Positions 60,293 through 64,000 of a DNA stretch of 64,000 nucleotides are shown piece after piece. Source of the DNA: Chiloscyllium plagiosum. Taxonomy: Eukaryota. The notes under the pieces were generated by a model that saw only the letters and a program-made list of their open reading frames with translations, searched no databases and was not told where the DNA came from. A program made the position numbers and the translations under genes. Positions within the stretch are counted from its first letter, which is position 1. Every line of letters starts with the position of its first letter. The stretch spans positions 7,886,799 through 7,950,798 of the forward strand of contig NC_057737.1 in assembly GCF_004010195.1 (NCBI RefSeq), given 5' to 3'.

Positions 60293-62659
60293 GGATTGTT
60301 TGTATTATTTGCTTTGGTGTATTTTTAGGATGGAGAGCACAACTTCATAATTTGTAAATTGTGAAACTATGTATTAAAGTAGCATTAATTGCACCTTGAA
60401 TTAATAATGTGAGTGCTTAAAAAAATAAATTTATGTGGGGAGACATGGTTTGAATGGCCTCTGTTAATGTGTATAGAGAGGGATTGAAGGTCCAGGTGGA
60501 GACAAACAGAAATTGCTAGAGCAACTTAGCAGGTCTGGCAGCATTTGTGGAGAGAAAGCAGAGTTAATGTTTCAGGTCCAGTGATCTTTCCTCAGACTGT
60601 TCTGAAGTGTGAGCTCTGCTTTTCTCCACAGTTGCTGCCAGCCCTGCTAAGTTCCTCCAATTTATGTTTTTTTTAGATCTCTTGTATTTTTTGTTTTACT
60701 CAAGGTGGACAGCTTGTTTGACACTGTTTAGCTCGTTACCTTAAATGGTCCCAAACTGTGAAACAAAACTACCTCGTGATTAGTTACCACAGATGTTGCT
60801 GAATGTGAATACTGATCTATAAGTGCAGGTAACCTTAAAAATCAGAAGAAGCAATGTATTCACAGACTACCGGAGCTTCCAAGGTGCCTCTGTGAGTGTT
60901 GTGAAGTGCGCGTCTGGCTGTTATCCACATTGCAGGAGATGGTAAATTGTGACGTTTAGTTTGAGAAAAATAGTTCTTTGAACACAGGTCAATTCTACAG
61001 AACTGTAGGGTGAACCTGAACTATGCATGTCAGTCCTGTATTTAGTGTTGTTTTATCAACTTCCTCAATCCAGTAGTGAAAAGTAGTTGTCATATAAATA
61101 CATAAAGTTTGGACTTGTGTGAAGCTGCCAACTCATTAATGCCAAGAACTGCAGCTTCCTACGGGGTTAGTAGATGAGGTATTTCACAGCGGAGTGCTTT
61201 AGCTGACAACAGACAGAGATGTTTACAAATGGACCAAACAGTACCTGCTGTTCAGCAGCAGCACAAGCTATAAAATTGGCTGCGGAGGAGTCCTGCCTTG
61301 ACAGCAGGCAGAAGCAGTTAGGACTTGAAGGGAATTAAGTAAAACATAATTACCTAAACCTCTGTCCTACTCTTTATTAGGTGGAAACAACGTTTGTAAG
61401 GATAGAATAATGACAGAAGTATTTTTGTTTTTCTTTCAATCCCCTCTTCAGTCCACCTGCTAAAATAATTTGAGCAATGTTTTTGCAAAAATCAAAGTGC
61501 ATGCTGGATGCCAAAGCCAAACTGTAATTACGGTTTTTCAGAAGGTAGGAATTTGAATATTTTCCCCAGTAGTTGTTTGGTTCTCAGGCTCTGCCCTAAC
61601 AGATTTGCAATGTGGCAGCAAAACAATTTGCTGAAATTGTTTTGTAGTTTATCCACTAAACTGCTTTACCTTAGCTTTTGAGTCTTTGTCTCCTGCAGTT
61701 CATGTGAACAAATGACTAAATTAATGGAAACTTTGTTTTCCTTTTGTCCCAAGAGGAGGATGTCAAATGAAGAAACTTGCTCTGTATATGAAGCAGTAGA
61801 TAACGCAAACTGGAATTATGTCCATGCAGTCATCTAACTGAGGGGATTCAGTTTTTAAAATTGAATTCGAGATGACCTCTGTGACATTGATCATGAATAG
61901 TCTGGATCTGGCTGCAACTGTCATGGTCTTTTACTGTTTAGCTGCTGAAATGGAGCTGTCTAGTCTGGCTTATCCCTTTAGGGCTGAAACTTGGACATTG
62001 TATATGTGTGAGTGAAGTCAGTCAGAGACCAGTTATTGGGGGAAACAATTGTGTAGATTGTTGAAACAAAGCTCTCAAGCATTGGAGAGGCCAGCTTTTC
62101 AAAAAGTAAAAAAAAAAGAAAATGAATATAATTTCTTTACTTATTAAGGCATGTTTTGATTTTATTTGAAGTGTAATGTGTGTGCACTGGATGTGACATG
62201 ATTTTTAATACATGTTAGCAGAATTTGTGTGGTCATGGATTTGTGCAGATCCTCCCTGAGGGATACTGGGTGAAAGTGGATGCTGATATCAGTTGAAGGC
62301 AATTGTTGGAAGCTGCTGCGCCTGGGTTCCTTGATTTGTTATCTCAACCTATTCCCAGTTACCTTGATCAAACAGAGCAGAAAGCTACAGGACCTATTTC
62401 TCAATTTGCAGACAATATTTTTGGGAAAAGAGAGACTGTGGAGGCCTTTTTATTTATTTTCATTACTTTTTCTGGAATTTAGTTCAACTACAGTGCAAAA
62501 CTCTGCTCCTGAATTAAAGCAGTGATGCTGTTCAGGTATAAATGTAATTAAAGTGGAGTTCAGAAATAAACTGTTTCCCCCAATTTTTCAGTCAGAGTCA
62601 TACAGCTGTGCAGCATGGAAACAATTCATAAATATTTTGATGTTACAGATTCACTGTGG

Positions 62660-63312
62660 AATTTCAAGTGCAGAGAGGGACCTGAATGTTCAAGTGAACC
62701 AGTCACAAAATATTAGTCTGCAGGTACAGCAATTAATCAAGAGGGCTAATGGGATAGTATCTTTTATTATGTGAGGCATTAAACATAAAAGTAAGGCTGT
62801 TGGGCTTCAGCTATGTATAAAGCACTTCTGAAATTACATTTCAAATACTGTGTGCAGTTTTGGTCGCCTTCGTTGGAGATTCAGAGGATGTTTACTAAAA
62901 TGATGTGGGGTAAAAGAGGATAGATTGAACAGACTGGGTTTGTTTCCACTGGAGATTAGAACAGTGAGAGGTGACTTGATTGAAGTGTATAGGATCGCAA
63001 ATAGTCTTGACAAGGTGGACGTGGAAAGGACATTTCCTGTTGGGGATCAGTCCAGACCTAAGTAACACTAGTTTGAAATTAAGGGTTGCCTTCTTAGGAC
63101 AGATGAGGAAAGATGTTTTCTTGGAGGATTGTGCATCCTTGGAATTGCGGTGCAGAAAGCAGTGGAGATGGGCGCCATTAAATCATTTTAAGATGTAAGT
63201 AGATTCTTGTTAGGCAAAGTTATCTGGGGCAGCAGATAGTGTGGGATTCAAAACACAAACCGATCAGTTATGATTTTATTGAATGGTGGGGCAGGCTTGA
63301 GGGGCTGAATGA
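62660..63312 (+). mobile_element. Decayed CR1-clade LINE 3' region
   Basis: ERDL.VQV..S, YCVQFWSP and RGDLIEVY motifs. Confidence 0.8.
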
Positions 63313-64000
63313 AGTACAGGTCAACCGCCGTATCCGCGGAATCAGTTTCCGCGATTCCATTTACTGGTGGTTTACTGCGGCTCTAACATATTATAAGGAA
63401 CCTTCTGGGACCAGGGAGCTGCCAGGAAGGCAAGCTTCCCATTTAATTGAGTGGGTTTTGGGCTTCTGTGGTGGTTTTGGATCGTATCCCCATGGGTATG
63501 TGTACTTTGGTTCCTGTTTTATATGTTCATATGAATTTATTGCACTACTTTGCAGTGCAGCAGTGGGGCTGAATGTAGAAAGGTAAAGTCACCATAATCC
63601 CAGAAGACCAAAAGGCAGCACTCCCATTAGGGAGTGACGACTGATGGTGAATTTAACCTGAGGGTCACCATGCCTCAAGAAAGGAGTGAGGTTGAGAAGA
63701 TGGGTTCTTTATGGTGACCTCAGCTGGTGTGGGAATTGAACCTGTGCTGTTTGTGTTACTCTGCATTGCAAGCTAGCTGTCCAGCCAATTGAGCTAACAG
63801 ATCTCCATTGGTATACATGTTTATTGTACACTTTTTTTTGTTTTTTATTCAATGATAGAAGTGAGTTTGTTTCATTCAACACATTCCCATTTCAGGAATG
63901 GTCAGAATTTTTTTAAAATTAGTTTTTTTTTATGCTCTTGGTTTATGAAAATTGGTTTTATTTTTCTTGCTCTTTTTTTCAACAGGGGTGGCACGGTGGC

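Noticed and set aside
63890-63920. TTTCAG|GAA as possible ULK2 exon 4
   Set aside because: Translation (EWSEFF*) does not match the expected E.PNSVFLVME, so exon 4 lies beyond the window.

Overview
Eukaryotic (vertebrate) genomic DNA, very probably a cartilaginous fish. This is inferred from the repeat content: HE1-type V-SINEs, SacSINE1/DeuSINE-like SINEs, abundant CR1 LINE fragments and Penelope-like elements. Two + strand protein-coding genes are present. (1) A complete NLE1 (Notchless homolog 1, WD40 ribosome-biogenesis factor): 12 coding exons from 5938 to 34901 that join into 1431 nt (476 aa), plus a probable non-coding first exon ending at 1918. Two consecutive introns use GC donors. 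(2) The CpG-rich promoter, long uORF-rich 5' leader and first three coding exons of ULK2 (Atg1-family autophagy kinase), which continues past the window end. Almost all other ORFs in the supplied track are repeat-derived or spurious. The most notable non-genic signal is a set of short Penelope-derived insertions from at least four sequence families, several of them flanked by target-site duplications and folding back on themselves. They share a minimal hammerhead-ribozyme-like core (CUGAnGA-stem II-GAAA-NN-UH) with family-specific compensatory stems. Repeat boundaries are approximate unless a TSD or TIR is given. There is one assembly gap (24618-24801).
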